From Octopus bimaculoides (taxonomy: Eukaryota): DNA of 54,016 bases. Both the position numbers and the translations under genes were made by a program. The stretch spans positions 19,587,912 to 19,641,927 of the forward strand of contig NC_068998.1 of the NCBI RefSeq assembly GCF_001194135.2, written 5' to 3'. Of the stretch, positions 12,206-25,170 are shown in pieces (positions within the stretch are counted from its first letter, which is position 1; every line of letters begins with the position of its first letter). The notes beneath the pieces were generated by a model. That model worked only from the letters and a program-made list of their open reading frames with translations. It had not been told where the DNA came from and made no database searches.

Positions 12206-15200
12206 CATGCTAAGTGTGCTTAAATATTAAGTATCTACAGCTGCCTCTAAAAGAGTACACATGATGACAAATCACTGTGTATGCAAGGCTACAGTTCATA
12301 TCAATAGTTCTCAAAAGTAATTAAACGTAGATAAAGAAATACAAATGGTAGTTTCTAAAATTTGTAATTATTTAATTTGAAGCTTGTCTTTTCAACTTAA
12401 CAAAAATATATACCAGAATAATAATTTTCTTTCAAATTTATTTCTTTCAGAAAGCCATCAATCTCCCCACCACTGATCTAAAATCACAGCATTGTGAAAA
12501 TAAAAGTTTGATATAAAATCATGGCATCATGACACTAGTATACTTATCTAAAACTGGTGGAGAAATATTTCTATACTGGAAGGCCACATTGAAGTTACTG
12601 CCATAAGCCATTCATTCTCATGTGCTCTGTTCATTTTCAAAATCAACCACGTTTCTATCATTTAGCTTTTTGCTGTCTTCTTTATATTCATTCAAGGGCT
12701 AACATAAAATTATCTATTTTTTCTTCAGTGTTATGTACATGTCCTCACATTGTCTTTTCTGTTATACTTTAGTTGAAAGAGTTTTGCTGTTTGTTTAATA
12801 CTTTGTTATGTTCTTCTTTGTCTTAGTAAAAGTCCAAGAAAGTATTATTTTCCGGTTGCGTATCATTTTATGTTAAGTTTTGATATACCTAAGTATTTTT
12901 CATTTATTCTCATACTTATCATCGTCTCATCTTGTGGAATTGTAAATGCATTGTCCTATGTCTGTTGTCCCAATCCTTTGTTATTGTCCTGTCTTAACTA
13001 CACCTTTCTTTCCCAAGTAGAATTTTTCTTTAAATCTACAAGTACACTGAAGTTAGCAATACTGTTGTTAAGTATCAAAACAGCAGAACTTCGGTCAACA
13101 GCTAATGAGGAGAAATATGTGAACTTGTTCATCATTTTTCATGTTCTATTTATTTGATCTGTTCTCTCTCTTCCTTTCTCACACCCTATCTCACTCAAAC
13201 TCACTATCTCACTCAAACTCAATCCCTCTCATTCTCTATCTCTCTCTCACTCTCATACTCACTCACTCACTATCTGTGAGTATGTAGCTGTTTGGAAGAC
13301 CGTTGGATGGACTGAATTTGTAATTCAAAAATTCAGGTTTGCTATACACATTGCATTACACTGATTCTGTCTCAGGATTGCATTGAGAGTACACATGCTT
13401 GAGAAACATTCAACTACTTACTCACAAATACAATGAGTAGGTAGCTCAATTGGTTGATTAACTGAACACTAATAATTGAAAATGAGGAAAATCCATTACA
13501 ATATATATATATATATATATATATATTACATTATAGAAATGTGTGTATTTATGTAAATATCTATCTATCTATCAATCTATTTATCTATATATATGTTACA
13601 TTATAGAAACACATGTATGTATGTATGTATGTATGCATGTGTGTGTTTACACACTAAAAAGACCTCAGGCTGATGCAACAACTTAACATGTTAGTAAATT
13701 ACATAGTATCACCGAGACAATGATATTCATTTATAAAAGTAAAATAACTCTATACCAATACAATACATAGTGTAAAAACATGAATGGTAGTGCAAAATAT
13801 AAAAAAGCTGAACAACATATTGCATGAAACAAAAAGTCAAAAAAAGAACATATAATTGATTGTTGTTGGCGAAACATGTCTGAACCAAGAATAATCAATA
13901 TTTTATTAGTTTTGGGTAATAAACTAATGTATTTCTAATCAATATTTACATGATATTAAAAACAAAGAGTGTAAACTTTCTTATTGAAGTAAAATTAATG
14001 ATAATTGCAACAAAATTCCCTTCCATTCCATTTTGTCCCTTTTTTTAATATCAAATTTTGTCTTTTTCCCCGTTTTTCTTTTAAGAATAAATAGACTTCA
14101 CAGAATTTTATGGAGATCAGAGCAAGAGTTGAATGAATGGTAAAATGTGTTAAGTCAAGGAATCCCGAAGCTCTTATATAAAATTAAACTGGGATAGGGC
14201 CAATTTGGTAAAATAGAAAGAAAATTTATCATGGAATTAAAATTTTTCATTATCATTTAACAATCATTTTTGAAAATAATCAGCTATGTCAATTAGATCT
14301 TACTACCATCTTTGACTACAAGCTGATGACTTGTTTCATTCAAACATTACCAAAATCAGTGTAACATTTTCCCTCTTCTTTATGGATAAGTGGGATCAAG
14401 GATGCTGAACTTGGGACACACCAACTCAGATGTGAAAGCAACATTCCCAAATGTGACAAACAACTTCTCTTTGTCAAGTAGACAACACTGTAACCTGAAG
14501 GCAAATAAGTAATGTTATATTTGAGATACGAAAGTCAGAAGGCAACACTAACAGCAAACATCCACTTCACAAGGCTAAGTTATATGCCTACAGACATTAT
14601 TGCTCAGGTGTTAGCAATAAGTCAAGAAAGGACAGTTATGACTGAAACACCTTTGATCATAAGTCTGCTTGATCAGAGTCGAGAGCTAAACAACAGAGTA
14701 GTCATTAAAAGAAATATTTTTTATGCTTTTATGTATCTACAATTTTATTTAATTATGTTTTGCTGCTATAAAAGTAGTACTTGGCTCTTTTTAATTCGTG
14801 TATGCCAGCAATACCTTGAATTTCACCTAAAGCAATAATTCTAAACAATAGGATCTAGAACAAGCAATAACTAAATCTTCCTTGTATTGCTTTTCCATGA
14901 AACTGCATATACAGAAATTAGACATGAAAACTAATCCCAGTATTACTGGATTCAAAAATTTGTTTAGAAATTCAGCCAAGTTGTTGATAATTAGCAGTTT
15001 TCAGTAGCAAATATAAATTTTGAATTTTATTTTTGTAACTTATTTCATTAAACCTGACAATACATGGAACGAAACCAAGTAGTATGTGAAATGAAATCTT
15101 GTAATATATGAAATGAAATTTGGCAATATATGAAAGACTGGTAGTATACGAAATTAAATCAGTATTTGAAAAGAAATCTGGCAACATAGAAAATGACATT

Positions 15201-16696
15201 AGTGAAGGTTAGTTTGTACTGCCTCTTTGCCTTGACTTTATATGATAGTTGTAAATGAAAGTCACTGTCATCCTTCAATTCTAACCTTTTGTGAAAACAT
15301 GTCTGGTCACAGAGAAATATTGGTTTAATTTTGACAAAAGGCCAGCAGTTTTGTGGGAGTCATTTTATCGACTCTGAAAGGATGAAATACAAAGTCAGTC
15401 ACGGCAGAATTTGAACTCAGAAGATAGATTTATGATAATTTTCTACCATCAGGTAATTCTGCAGAAAATCTGACACAAAACTTTCTTGATTTTACATCTC
15501 ATTTAAAAAGTCATTTAAGCGACTGACTTTATTTAACATGCTATATTAAGTTCCAAATTATAGCAAATATCAACTATATTTTGAAAGAAATCCCCCTGAA
15601 CTTCCAACATATTAAGATGTGGTTATATTCAAACTAAGTTTGTTATGGTTTAATTTGAATTTGTTGAGACCAAGCCTTGTTTTTTCTAACAACATATATA
15701 ACAGCACTGATAACAGATTAAAGGTGAATAACAGTAAAATTCAGATAATACCAAGTGCTTATGATATATTTGCTTTACCCTTTTAACTGCGGAATTAAAT
15801 TTCCTGGTGTCCTAATAATGATGTTAAATATTTACCAAAAAATAAAATTGGTATTTTCTGCAAGTTAGTTGCCTCAATAAACTTGACATATGCTAGTGAA
15901 AATAGTTTTAAACATGACATTCTGCAAAAGATAGATATATAAAATTACTCTCTGCAGTTAAAGGTAATAAAATTTTGAGTGGATATATCTGCTTTCTGCA
16001 GTAAAAGGGTTGATTTATCTAGCTAAAATTATGTTTAAAACTCTGAAAGTAAAATAAATAAAATTAATGCCAGAAACAACAAGAAATTCAGAGAAATCTA
16101 TGAGGTGAATCTTTCTTTAGAATTAAAGGAGGCCATTTATTTGCATATAAAACATGTCTATTCAGTTACACATGCTCCTCATAATTTATATCATTAGCAT
16201 ATGAAAAAGTTATTTAACATCACATGAGACAAAAGTTCACAAAAAAAAGTCTAGATATAAAACCTGTTCCTAAGACTTGCAAAATTCTAAATATCTACAG
16301 AATCATTTCAACCTTACTCAGATTATATTTTTTTAAACCACAATCACATAAAAGCAATGATAAAAAAAAAAATCACTTTGTAAATAAATTTGAATTTTCA
16401 CCACTATTTTCTTTTTCATACTTACATTTAGTTATTTTAATCTATGACAAGAACTGGTATTTTATATAACTTCACAGGTCAATAACTTTTATAGGTCAAT
16501 ATATAGTAACTAACAGGAACAGAAACTGAGGTGACTAGCATACAAAACAAAGTACCACGTGCTCATACACACCTGTAAACCTGGCAATATGAGTTCTTTG
16601 GAAGCATAACAAAGCTTCATAAGACAGGTGTACTATCTGGGAAAGTAAGTGACATGTACTTGACTAATATGTATGTGTAATTGTTGTTGTTATTAT

Positions 16697-16905
16697 TAAG
16701 GTGACCAGCTGGCAGAATCATTACTGCACTGGGCAAAATGCTTAGCAGTATTTTCCCCAGCTTTATATTCCAAGTTCAAATGCTGCTGAGATTAACTTCA
16801 TCTTTCATCTTTTAGGGTCAATGAAATAAGTACCAGTTGAATACTGGGGTTGATGAAATTGACTTACCCACCTCCAACTGTAGTAGAAAGGATTATTATT
16901 ATTAT
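16697..16905 (+). mobile_element. SINE family B (tRNA-like head, gtcaataaaataagtaccag core, (ATT)n tail)
   Basis: aaggtgaccagctggcagaatca...gttcaaat B-box...tttcatcttttagggtcaatgaaataagtaccag. The core resembles the Meta/Sauria SINE domain from memory (unverified). Confidence 0.8.
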
Positions 16906-16907
16906 TA

Positions 16908-17056
16908 TTAAGATGGGGAAATATTACCTCACTTGAAAGCAGGCAAAGGCTGGTGGTAGGAAGGACATCTGGCTGTAGAAAAATCTACCTCAACAAATTT
17001 CATCTGATTCATGTGAGCATGAAAAAGTGGACATTAAGATGATGATGATGATGATG
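16908..17056 (+). mobile_element. RTE-tail-type SINE (3' part)
   Basis: ggaaggacatctggctgtagaaa...gcatgaaaaagtggacattaag(ATG)n. Confidence 0.7.
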
Positions 17057-17132
17057 TCTATATCATTGTACCATTGGGAGGATCATTTTGCCAACAGACA
17101 CACACACACACACACACAAGTTATATTTCAGG

Positions 17133-17420
17133 TTTTATTTTTATCAGCCAATTAGTCAACTAATTAACTAATCAATTATTCGATCAATTAATCAGTTGAT
17201 TTATCAGAATCCCTTTGTCACTGTCTGCAACCTCATCAATGACATGCCCTCATTTGCACCATTTTGCAACTGAAGCAGAAGAGATGAGAGCATTTCCATT
17301 GATAAAGTTGCAGATGGCAATGAAAGAATCCTGACAAATCAAACCAACTGACTGAGTAAATAATTGATCAAATAATTGATGATTAGTTAATTAGCTGATA
17401 ATAACTGACTGATAATAAAA
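17133..17420. mobile_element. ~290-bp fold-back (MITE-like) element
   Basis: The left arm ctaattaactaatcaattattcgatcaatta...gtctgcaacctcatcaatg pairs with the right arm cattgataaagttgcagatg...taattgatcaaataattgatgattagttaattag, around a short loop. Confidence 0.75.
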
Positions 17421-17764
17421 AAGAAGCAAAATATAACCAATGTGTGCATGTTTTTATTGGCAAAATTACCCTCCCAAAAAAGCAACCTCTGTTTTAACCT
17501 ATAATTTCACATAAGGGACTAAAAAGCAAAGCAAGTCAACCCAGACTGAGAAAACCCATGACATAAATATCCATCTTTTGGGATTTTTTTTCTTTCAAAA
17601 GCAGTGTATTTAAGTCTACATTATTCATTACGTTTTATTCTTTTTAAACACTAAGATGTAACTTGAGAGATATTTGGTTGCTTTTGACCAATACTCTAAT
17701 AATTCTGCCAATCTACCAGCCTAATAATAGCTAATAATACAGCTGTATGTATACTGGTATGTAG

Positions 17765-17901
17765 AGCAGGTAACCTATACCCCTCTGTGCTGTAAGAGTC
17801 AACTAAAAAGGGTGCCATCAGCAGGGGAACATCCAGCAATAAAACACTGCCTTGTAAAGCTCTGTCCAACCCATGTCAATACAGAAAAGCAGATGTTAAA
17901 G

Positions 17902-17932
<31 letters not shown>

Positions 17933-17935
17933 AAG
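17765..17935 (+). mobile_element. RTE-tail-type short retroelement
   Basis: ggaacatccagcaataaaacactgcc...gtccaacccatg...gttaaagt(GAT)n. Confidence 0.65.
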
Positions 17936-18333
17936 ATATTACAATGCATCTGTGTTTTTAAAAGCAAAAAATAGGTGAATGCTTGGGATGACTGACTTCT
18001 GGCTTTATATATCATAATCTCAAATACCTACAAGAGGCATTATATTTCCTAGATACTCCCAACCATGTAGAATGCTGGATCATGCAGAGAAACAATGCAG
18101 ATGATTTCAATGACATTCAGGTTATGGAACAAGAAGGTGGAAAATAATAAAGAAAGATATTTTCTTGCATCAAAAGGAAGAGACTACTTTTACAAGATCC
18201 CCACCCAAGAAATGTGAAGATTAGCTTAAGAACTGTATAGATTCTTTCAAGGTTGGTGCTAGGAAAATCTTCTAGCCTAATTATTATATATTTATCATCA
18301 TCACAATCATCTGCATCACCACCACCACCATTA

Positions 18334-18758
18334 TTAAGGTGGTGCGCTGGAAGAACTGTTAGCATGCAAGACAAAATGCTTTGAGGCATTTCTTCTAGCT
18401 CTCTAAATTCTGACTTCAAATTCCACCAAGGTTGACTGTGCCTTTCTAAGTCAATAAAATAAGTACTAATTGAGCAATGGCGTCAATGTAATCGACTAGC
18501 CCCTCCACCAAAGTTTCAGGACTTGTGCCTATAGTAGAAAAGATTATTATTATTCAGGTGGTGAGCTGGCAGAATCATTAGCATGTCGGATGAAATGCTT
18601 AGCTGTATTTTGCCTATCGCTACATTCTGAGTTCAAATTCTGCCGAGGTTGACTTTACCTTTCAGAGTCAATAAAATAAGTACTAGTTGAACACTGGGCT
18701 CAATGTAATTGACTCATCCCCTCCCCCCAAAATGCTGCACTTGTGGCAAAATTGAAAC

Positions 18759-18792
<34 letters not shown>

Positions 18793-18795
18793 GCC
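18334..18795 (+). mobile_element. Head-to-tail pair of family B SINEs
   Basis: Copies at about 18334-18550 and 18555-18760, each starting aggtggtg(a/c)gctgg, with (ATT)n tails. Confidence 0.85.
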
Positions 18796-19174
18796 ATTAT
18801 AATCATTATCATTATTATCATCATCATCATTATTATTTTTAGCACTCTGGTATTATTGCAGACCGCCTTTGGAATTGCAAACTCCTAATTAAATGAATTG
18901 TGTTAATTTCTCCTCAAGGCTATCCTTTAATCACAGATATAAGAGAAACAAAAGAAATTTTATGCCAGAATACGAAAAACAATGCAACTGTGAGATATCA
19001 ACCACCTCAAGCAACCAATTGCTTTATTTTACAAAAGATCGAAACAATTCAAATGCATCTTGGAGAACCAGACAGCATCAAGCCTCTATGTAGTAAAATA
19101 AATCTGCTTAGAAACAGCAACTAAATCTCCCTTCTAAATAAATCTTATCTTGTAAAACAGTGAAGGAAACACTG

Positions 19175-19565
19175 AGAGTGGCTGTGTGGTAAGTAGCTTG
19201 CCTACCAACCACATGGTTCCGGGTTCAGTCCCACTGCATGGCATCTTGGGCAAGTGTCTTCTACTATAGCCTCGGGCCGACCAAAGCCTTGTGAGTGGAT
19301 TTGGTAGACGGAAACTGAAAGAAGCCCGTCGTATATATGTACATATATTTGTGTGTGTGTATGTTTGTGTGTGTGTCCCCCTAGCATTGCTTGACAACCA
19401 ATGCTGGTGTGTTTATGTCCCAGTCACTTAGCGGTTCAGCAAAAGAGACTGATAGAATAAGTACTAGGCTTACAAAGAATAAATCCCAGGGTCAATTTGC
19501 TCGACTAAAGGTGGTGCTCCAGCATGGCCGCAGTTAAATGACTGAAACAAGTAAAAGAGTAAAGA
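19175..19565 (+). mobile_element. SINE family A, best full-length copy (tRNA-derived head, CORE-like segment, internal (TA)/(TG)n, gactgaaacaagtaaaaga tail)
   Basis: A-box-like tggctgtgtggt, B-box-like ggttcagtccc (about 19221), then cttgggcaagtgtctt as at the start of CORE domains. Consistent with octopus OR-type CORE-SINEs (from memory). Confidence 0.85.
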
Positions 19566-20104
19566 GAGAGAGTAATACATTATATCTAAAAGAAAATAAA
19601 ACAGGATGATCACAATTTGTAACTCATTTGATCACAAGTTTGCTTGATCTAGTATGATCTGGAGTAAAAAAAAAAAAAATGATTAAAAGGAAAAGAACTT
19701 CCACTTGTTTACTTGATCTAAATTACAACCTACTGTCTTATTACAAAGCAAGACACATAGGATAATGTAGCGTCAGATACATGGCGCCTTATCATTGTTT
19801 AATTGTTTAACATTCACTTTTAAATGCTTGCAATTTGGGGTGTGCTTTCTGAGGCTAAATGTTCCTCTTGCTAATCTTTTTAGTCACTTTAGTATATTGC
19901 AAACTTTATTATTTTTTTTTAACTATTACTCACTTTTTCATTAACACTCCGTTAATGCTCCTTTGCTACAGTTCAATACAAATATACCACAAAAAAAAAA
20001 ATATTGCTATAAACAGATTGATAGCCATTAAATGACTACTTGCATAGAAGTCATCAATGCAATATGGGATGTCAAAACAATATTTGAACCTCTAATACTG
20101 TGCC

Positions 20105-20550
20105 AAAATTTGTTTGGCGCAAGGCCAGCAACTTTGGGAGAGGGGGTAAATTGATTACATTGACTCCAGTACTCAAGTGATACTTATTTTATCGATTCTG
20201 AAAAGATGAAAGGCAAAATTGACCTCAGTGAGATTTGAACTAAGAATGTAAAGACAGACAAAATGCCACTAAATATTTTGTCCGGCATGCTAATGATTCT
20301 GCCAGCTCACTGACTTATTTCAACCTTTAATATTGATTTCAAATTTTGGCACAAAGCCAGCAATTTCAGGGGAGGTGGGTAAGTTGATTACATCAACCTC
20401 AGTGCTCAACCAGTACTTATACTATTGAACCTGAATCGATGAAAGGCAAAGTTGACCTCAGCAGAATTTGAACTCTGAACATAAAGATGGATGAAATGTC
20501 ACTAAGCATCTTGCCTGGCATGCTGATGGTTCTGTCAGCTTGCCACCTTT
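20105..20550 (-). mobile_element. Head-to-tail pair of family B SINEs (minus strand)
   Basis: Copies at about 20105-20315 and 20331-20550, reverse complements of 18555-18760. Confidence 0.85.
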
Positions 20551-20924
20551 TTTCAATCTCTAATATTATTAGAAGCTTTGTACACACAATAAAAATTGAA
20601 AATATTTTAAAAAATTAGGATAATTAAAAGGTGTATTCATTCTTCCTACTACTATCACCCCCTTTTGTTGCTAGCACTCGTATAAGAAAAGTTCCCATTC
20701 CTCTGTCTCTTCAGTGGGGTACCACCCACTCTGACAAGCACAGTTCTACAACACACAACATCAAAGTCCTTTGGAAAAAACTGGGATAAATACACTATAT
20801 ATGATAATGCAAAAATATGATGCTCACAGCTGGAATGAGTTGATTGTAGGTTGCTTGATCAAAGTTGAACCCAGGAACATCTGTAACCAGTACTTGACAA
20901 CCAAAGTTTGCCCAGATGTAGTCT

Positions 20925-21132
20925 TTATCTTCTACTTGTGTCAGTCATTAGACTGTGGACATGTTGGGGCACCAGCTTGAAGAGATTTCAGTCAAATGAA
21001 TCAACTATAAGCCTGATACTTATTCTATTGGCCTCTTTTACCACACTGCTAAGTTATGGGAATGTAAATACACAAAAATCAGTTGTCAAGTGGTGGAGAG
21101 AGGAACAAACACAAATACAAGGAGACACACAG

Positions 21133-21177
<45 letters not shown>

Positions 21178-21479
21178 NNNNNNNNNNNNNNNNNNNNNNN
21201 NNNNNNNNNNNNNNNNNCCTCGTTATCGAGTATGGCCATTGCACGAAGCTTAACTTAACGGTGCTGTGCTCGAATGTGACTTTTTAGCCCAGCCAAAGAT
21301 CTACAATGTCTTGCACAGAGTTGGCATCCAAAACCTTTACTGACAATAGCTGGCTGTTGTTGTAATTGGGCTCAATGTACCTTTGCGTGTCGTTTAAGTC
21401 CTCCTGCTGAATCACACTCCCTTCCACATGCCCGACAGACATGATTAGTATGGTGTGTAGCATCATCACCAGCGACCTG

Positions 21480-21515
<36 letters not shown>

Positions 21516-21660
21516 TATATATATGCATGCACACAATGGGCTTCTTTCAGTTTCTATCTTCCAAATCCACTCACAAGGCTTTGGTCAGCCCAAGGCTATA
21601 GTAGAAGACACTTGCCGTGGGACTTAACCTGGAACCATGTGGTTGGAAAGCAATCTTCTT
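20925..21660 (-). mobile_element. SINE family A split at its internal (TA)n by an RTE fragment (gap 21178-21217)
   Basis: Tail 20925-21135 and head 21530-21660 are in the same orientation, with (TA)n on both sides of the insert. Confidence 0.75.
21218..21479 (-). mobile_element. 3' end of an RTE-type LINE ORF2 (two C2H2-like fingers)
   Basis: Minus-strand translation HVCRACGRECDSAGGLKRHAKVH*...FGCQLCARHCRSLAGLK, the style of RTE C-terminal zinc fingers, followed by a short 3' UTR. Confidence 0.7.
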
Positions 21661-22164
21661 ATCAGAGTTTTTTTTTCCCTTTCTTTTTTAGTGTTACATC
21701 TCAAGGTTTCTTTGAAGCTTACTCGTTACACTGTCCCTATTTAAACCAAATCCATGCACTCATTCCTCTTACATATTTCAGATATGTCTCACCCACCAGA
21801 CTGTACTTAAATACTTTCCAAAACTTTTTTTCCTCAGACACACATACTATTGGAACTCTTCCAAGTTTATGTTTCCTCCCATCCACTCCACTAACCAACA
21901 AGAGTCTCTATGTGACCATTCAAAAAGCTAGAAATAGCAACTAAATCCACCTCAAATCACAACCTGCCCAAAGAAAGACATCAAATAACAGTTTTAAATA
22001 GACTATGTCTAAATAAAAAACTGGGCAAGGGGTAACGGTCAGTGTTATAGTCTGATTATAGACCCACCCAAAGTCACAGATGACCTAGAGCTAACGACAA
22101 CAAACTAACAAATAATTGGGTTTAAACTGAGCATCTATTTCACCCAGTTAATCTTTATCTCCAT

Positions 22165-22350
22165 ATAGGTGCAACCATGGCCATGTGGTAAGAAACTTGC
22201 TTTTCACTCAGTTCTGCCTACCAGATTCACTTACAAAGCACTAGTCAGCCTGGGGCTATAGTTGAAGTCACTTGCTCAAGGTATCACACAGTGGGACTGA
22301 ACTCAAAACCACATGGTTACAAAGAGATCTTAGATACATAGCCATGCCTT
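22165..22350. mobile_element. Two family A SINE heads fused in inverted orientation
   Basis: Plus-strand head catggccatgtggtaagaaacttgc (about 22170-22205) joined to a minus-strand head (about 22210-22350). Confidence 0.55.
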
Positions 22351-23249
22351 TTTTCTTCTTTTTCTAGGGCCTCTGAGACTGGATGAAGGAAGTATAGTCA
22401 AACTGGAGTCTTAGCCCAAATACTTGCAAGAGTGAACTCTGTTAAGGGTACCCAAGGACTAAGAAGTGGTGTTAAACTGGGGCAGCAAATTGAGTCTCCC
22501 ACTCAAGAACTCAAGATGTAAAGAAACAGAATAAATAGCTCAAGGCATCTCATCTAACACTAACAATTACACCAACCTACTGCCCTGGGTTGTACTTTGA
22601 AGATGAAAACCAAAGCTGATTTTGACAAGATTTGAACTCAGGCCAGAGAAAGCCAGTAGAAGTACTGCATACATTTTGCTCTATGTTCTAATGATTGTCT
22701 AAATTCACAGCTTGTTCATGGAAATAGGAAATATTTAGAAAGACACCTGTTACCTACATCCATTTAACTCTTGATTCACTAGCTTTTGTTTAGCCCAGGG
22801 TTCAGATTTGATCTAGTCCACTTACAATCAAAGTATTTTCAACAATAATCCTCCTAACTTTTCGTATATCCTTCTTTGTTTACACAAGTATGGTGTGATT
22901 TGAAAGCAATTTCATTGTCATTTCTGCAAGTCAATTTACCAGTTTCATCAATTGAGTGGATAATATATTATCTGCTTTAGTATTGACAAACTATATCTAT
23001 AGCAGTAGAGAAACAGAGAGAGTAGGGGGAGTGACAGACTGAGAAAGCAGGAAAGAGAGAAAAAAGCGAAGAAGACAAAGAGAGTGAAAAGGAGGAGAAA
23101 GAATGAAAATAGAATTAATAGGGGAAAACAGAATGAGAAAGAAAGAGAAGAGGAGAAAGATAACAAGGCTTGGCGAGAAAAGACCAGTTGTGAAATACAT
23201 TATTGGAACAACAAAGATTGAACAAGCACAAAAATTCCCATACATATTC

Positions 23250-24190
23250 ACAGTAATGGTTTCAAATTCTGGCACAAGGTCAGCAGGTTTGCAGGAGGGG
23301 GCTTAGTCAATTAAATTGACCCCAGTGTTCAGCTGGTACTTATTTTATCAACCTTGGCAGAATTTCAACACAGAATGTAAAGATAGATGAAATGCTGCTA
23401 AGCATTTTGCCTGGCATGCTAATGATTCTGCCTGCTCACCACTTTCATACATATTCATTATCACTATAATGATAACGATAGTAATCATCATAATACTAAT
23501 ATTTTTCAAGCAGGTATAGAAATGGTTTTCATAAACTGGTGAGGTACTTTGTTTTTATTTCACACCTCCAAAAAAAAACAAAAACCCCAAAAAAGATTTG
23601 AGCTAAGACACTAACTATAGTAAAGCATATAAAAAATAACACTATAGGAAACAGAAGCTTTCTCATCTGTGTATGAGATGATGAAAAGATTTTCAACATA
23701 GAGAAAAAAAACTGCATAAAATACGGCGATGTCTAGTCTAATGGTCTACCAATTTAACCGTCTCTAATAATGATTCTTTATAATTTTGGCACAAGGCCAG
23801 CAATTTTGAAGAGAGGGGGCAAGTTGATTTTGTCCAATGTGCTAACAATTCTGCCAGCTTGCTGCCTTTCTAATAATACTAATTCTTTCTGCTATAAGCA
23901 CATGGCCTCAAATGTTAGAGGAAAGAGATAGTTGATTACATCAACCCCAATCAATAGTCAAGTGATGTGGTGGGGACAAACACAAACACACACACACACA
24001 CACATACGTTCCCCCAAATTTGTGACCTTGTGACCTTCATTCCAAATTTTGGCACAAGGCCAGCAAATTCGAGGGAGGGGATAAGTTGATTACATTGACC
24101 CCAGTGCTCAACTGGTATTCATTTTATCGCCCCCAAAAGAATGAAAGGCAAAGTCAGTCTCAGCAGAATTTGAACTCAGAACATAAAAAC
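23250..24190 (-). mobile_element. Cluster of family B SINEs (about 23250-23445, 23775-23950, 24035-24190)
   Basis: Repeated ttttggcacaaggccagc...attgaccccagtg..ggtacttatttta motifs. Confidence 0.75.
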
Positions 24191-24809
24191 AGATGCATGT
24201 GTGTAGTCTTTGATATACTATGTCTAAAAATATGATGTTGAATAATAAAAGACATATTGAATAATGTAGTCTTTGATTACTCTGTCTAAAAATATTACAG
24301 AATGGTCACAGCTGGAAGACATGTTGAGGTCAATTATGATTTTCCCAACAGGAAGTTACAATAAAAACTTCATTTAAGAATGCCATTTTATTAATGAAAG
24401 AAATTAAAAAAGTTAAAAAACAGCAGGCTACACACACACATACACAGGTGTACAGACACGTCTCTCTGTCTTCCCCAGCCCCTGCCTCTTTATCTGTCTG
24501 TCTATGACACACACAAGCAAACACACACAAACACTGGCAAACCAGCACAGGATTACATACACACTCACAGACAAAAATACACATAAAGACACACACACAC
24601 ACACACACACAGTGATTCATATATGCAGACATACATCTACAGACATGCAGATGTACAAATATGAAGACAAAAAAAGAGTCAAAACAAATCAATAAGTAAG
24701 CCAGATAATCTATATAGATGAATTTCTGGAAATATCTGTTAAAAGCTAGGTGTGAAGTTGGCTAATGTTATGTAGTACAACTGTACAATTGTATGTGAAC
24801 ACTGGGAAA

Positions 24810-25170
24810 GGGAGAGAGAGAGAGCAAGGAGAGATAGGAACGAAGAAAATAGTGGGGGGGGATGGAGATATGTGAAAAATAGGGGGAAAAGATAGGAGAG
24901 GACGGGAAAGAGATATAGATAAGGAGGGGAGACAGACTGAGGATAATGAGGGAGATATAGATAAAGAGGGAGAGACAGATTGAGGAAAGAGAGGGAGATA
25001 TGGATAAGGAGGGAGAGACAGATAGAGGAAACCAGAGAGAGAGAGAGAGAGAGAGAGAAGAGAGGGAGGGAGGGAGAGAGAGAGAGGGAGAGAGAGAGGG
25101 AGAGAGAGANNNNNNNNNNAGGGAGAGAGAGAGAGAGACAGACAGACAGGACAGACAGACAGACTGAGTT
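24810..25170. repeat. GA-rich low-complexity tract with gap 25110-25119
   Basis: Read directly from the sequence. Confidence 0.9.

Noticed and set aside
12600-13150. Protein-like minus-strand snippets (e.g. INEKYLGI)
   Set aside because: Stops occur in all frames and there is no second motif. It may be very old LINE debris but cannot be supported.
13860-13885. GAAACATGTC, similar to a Penelope hammerhead helix III
   Set aside because: No CTGANGA core or helix II lies at a suitable distance upstream.
19175-19260. tRNA genes suggested by A/B-box motifs
   Set aside because: These are SINE heads with no cloverleaf or acceptor stem, and they continue into CORE-like or SINE body sequence.
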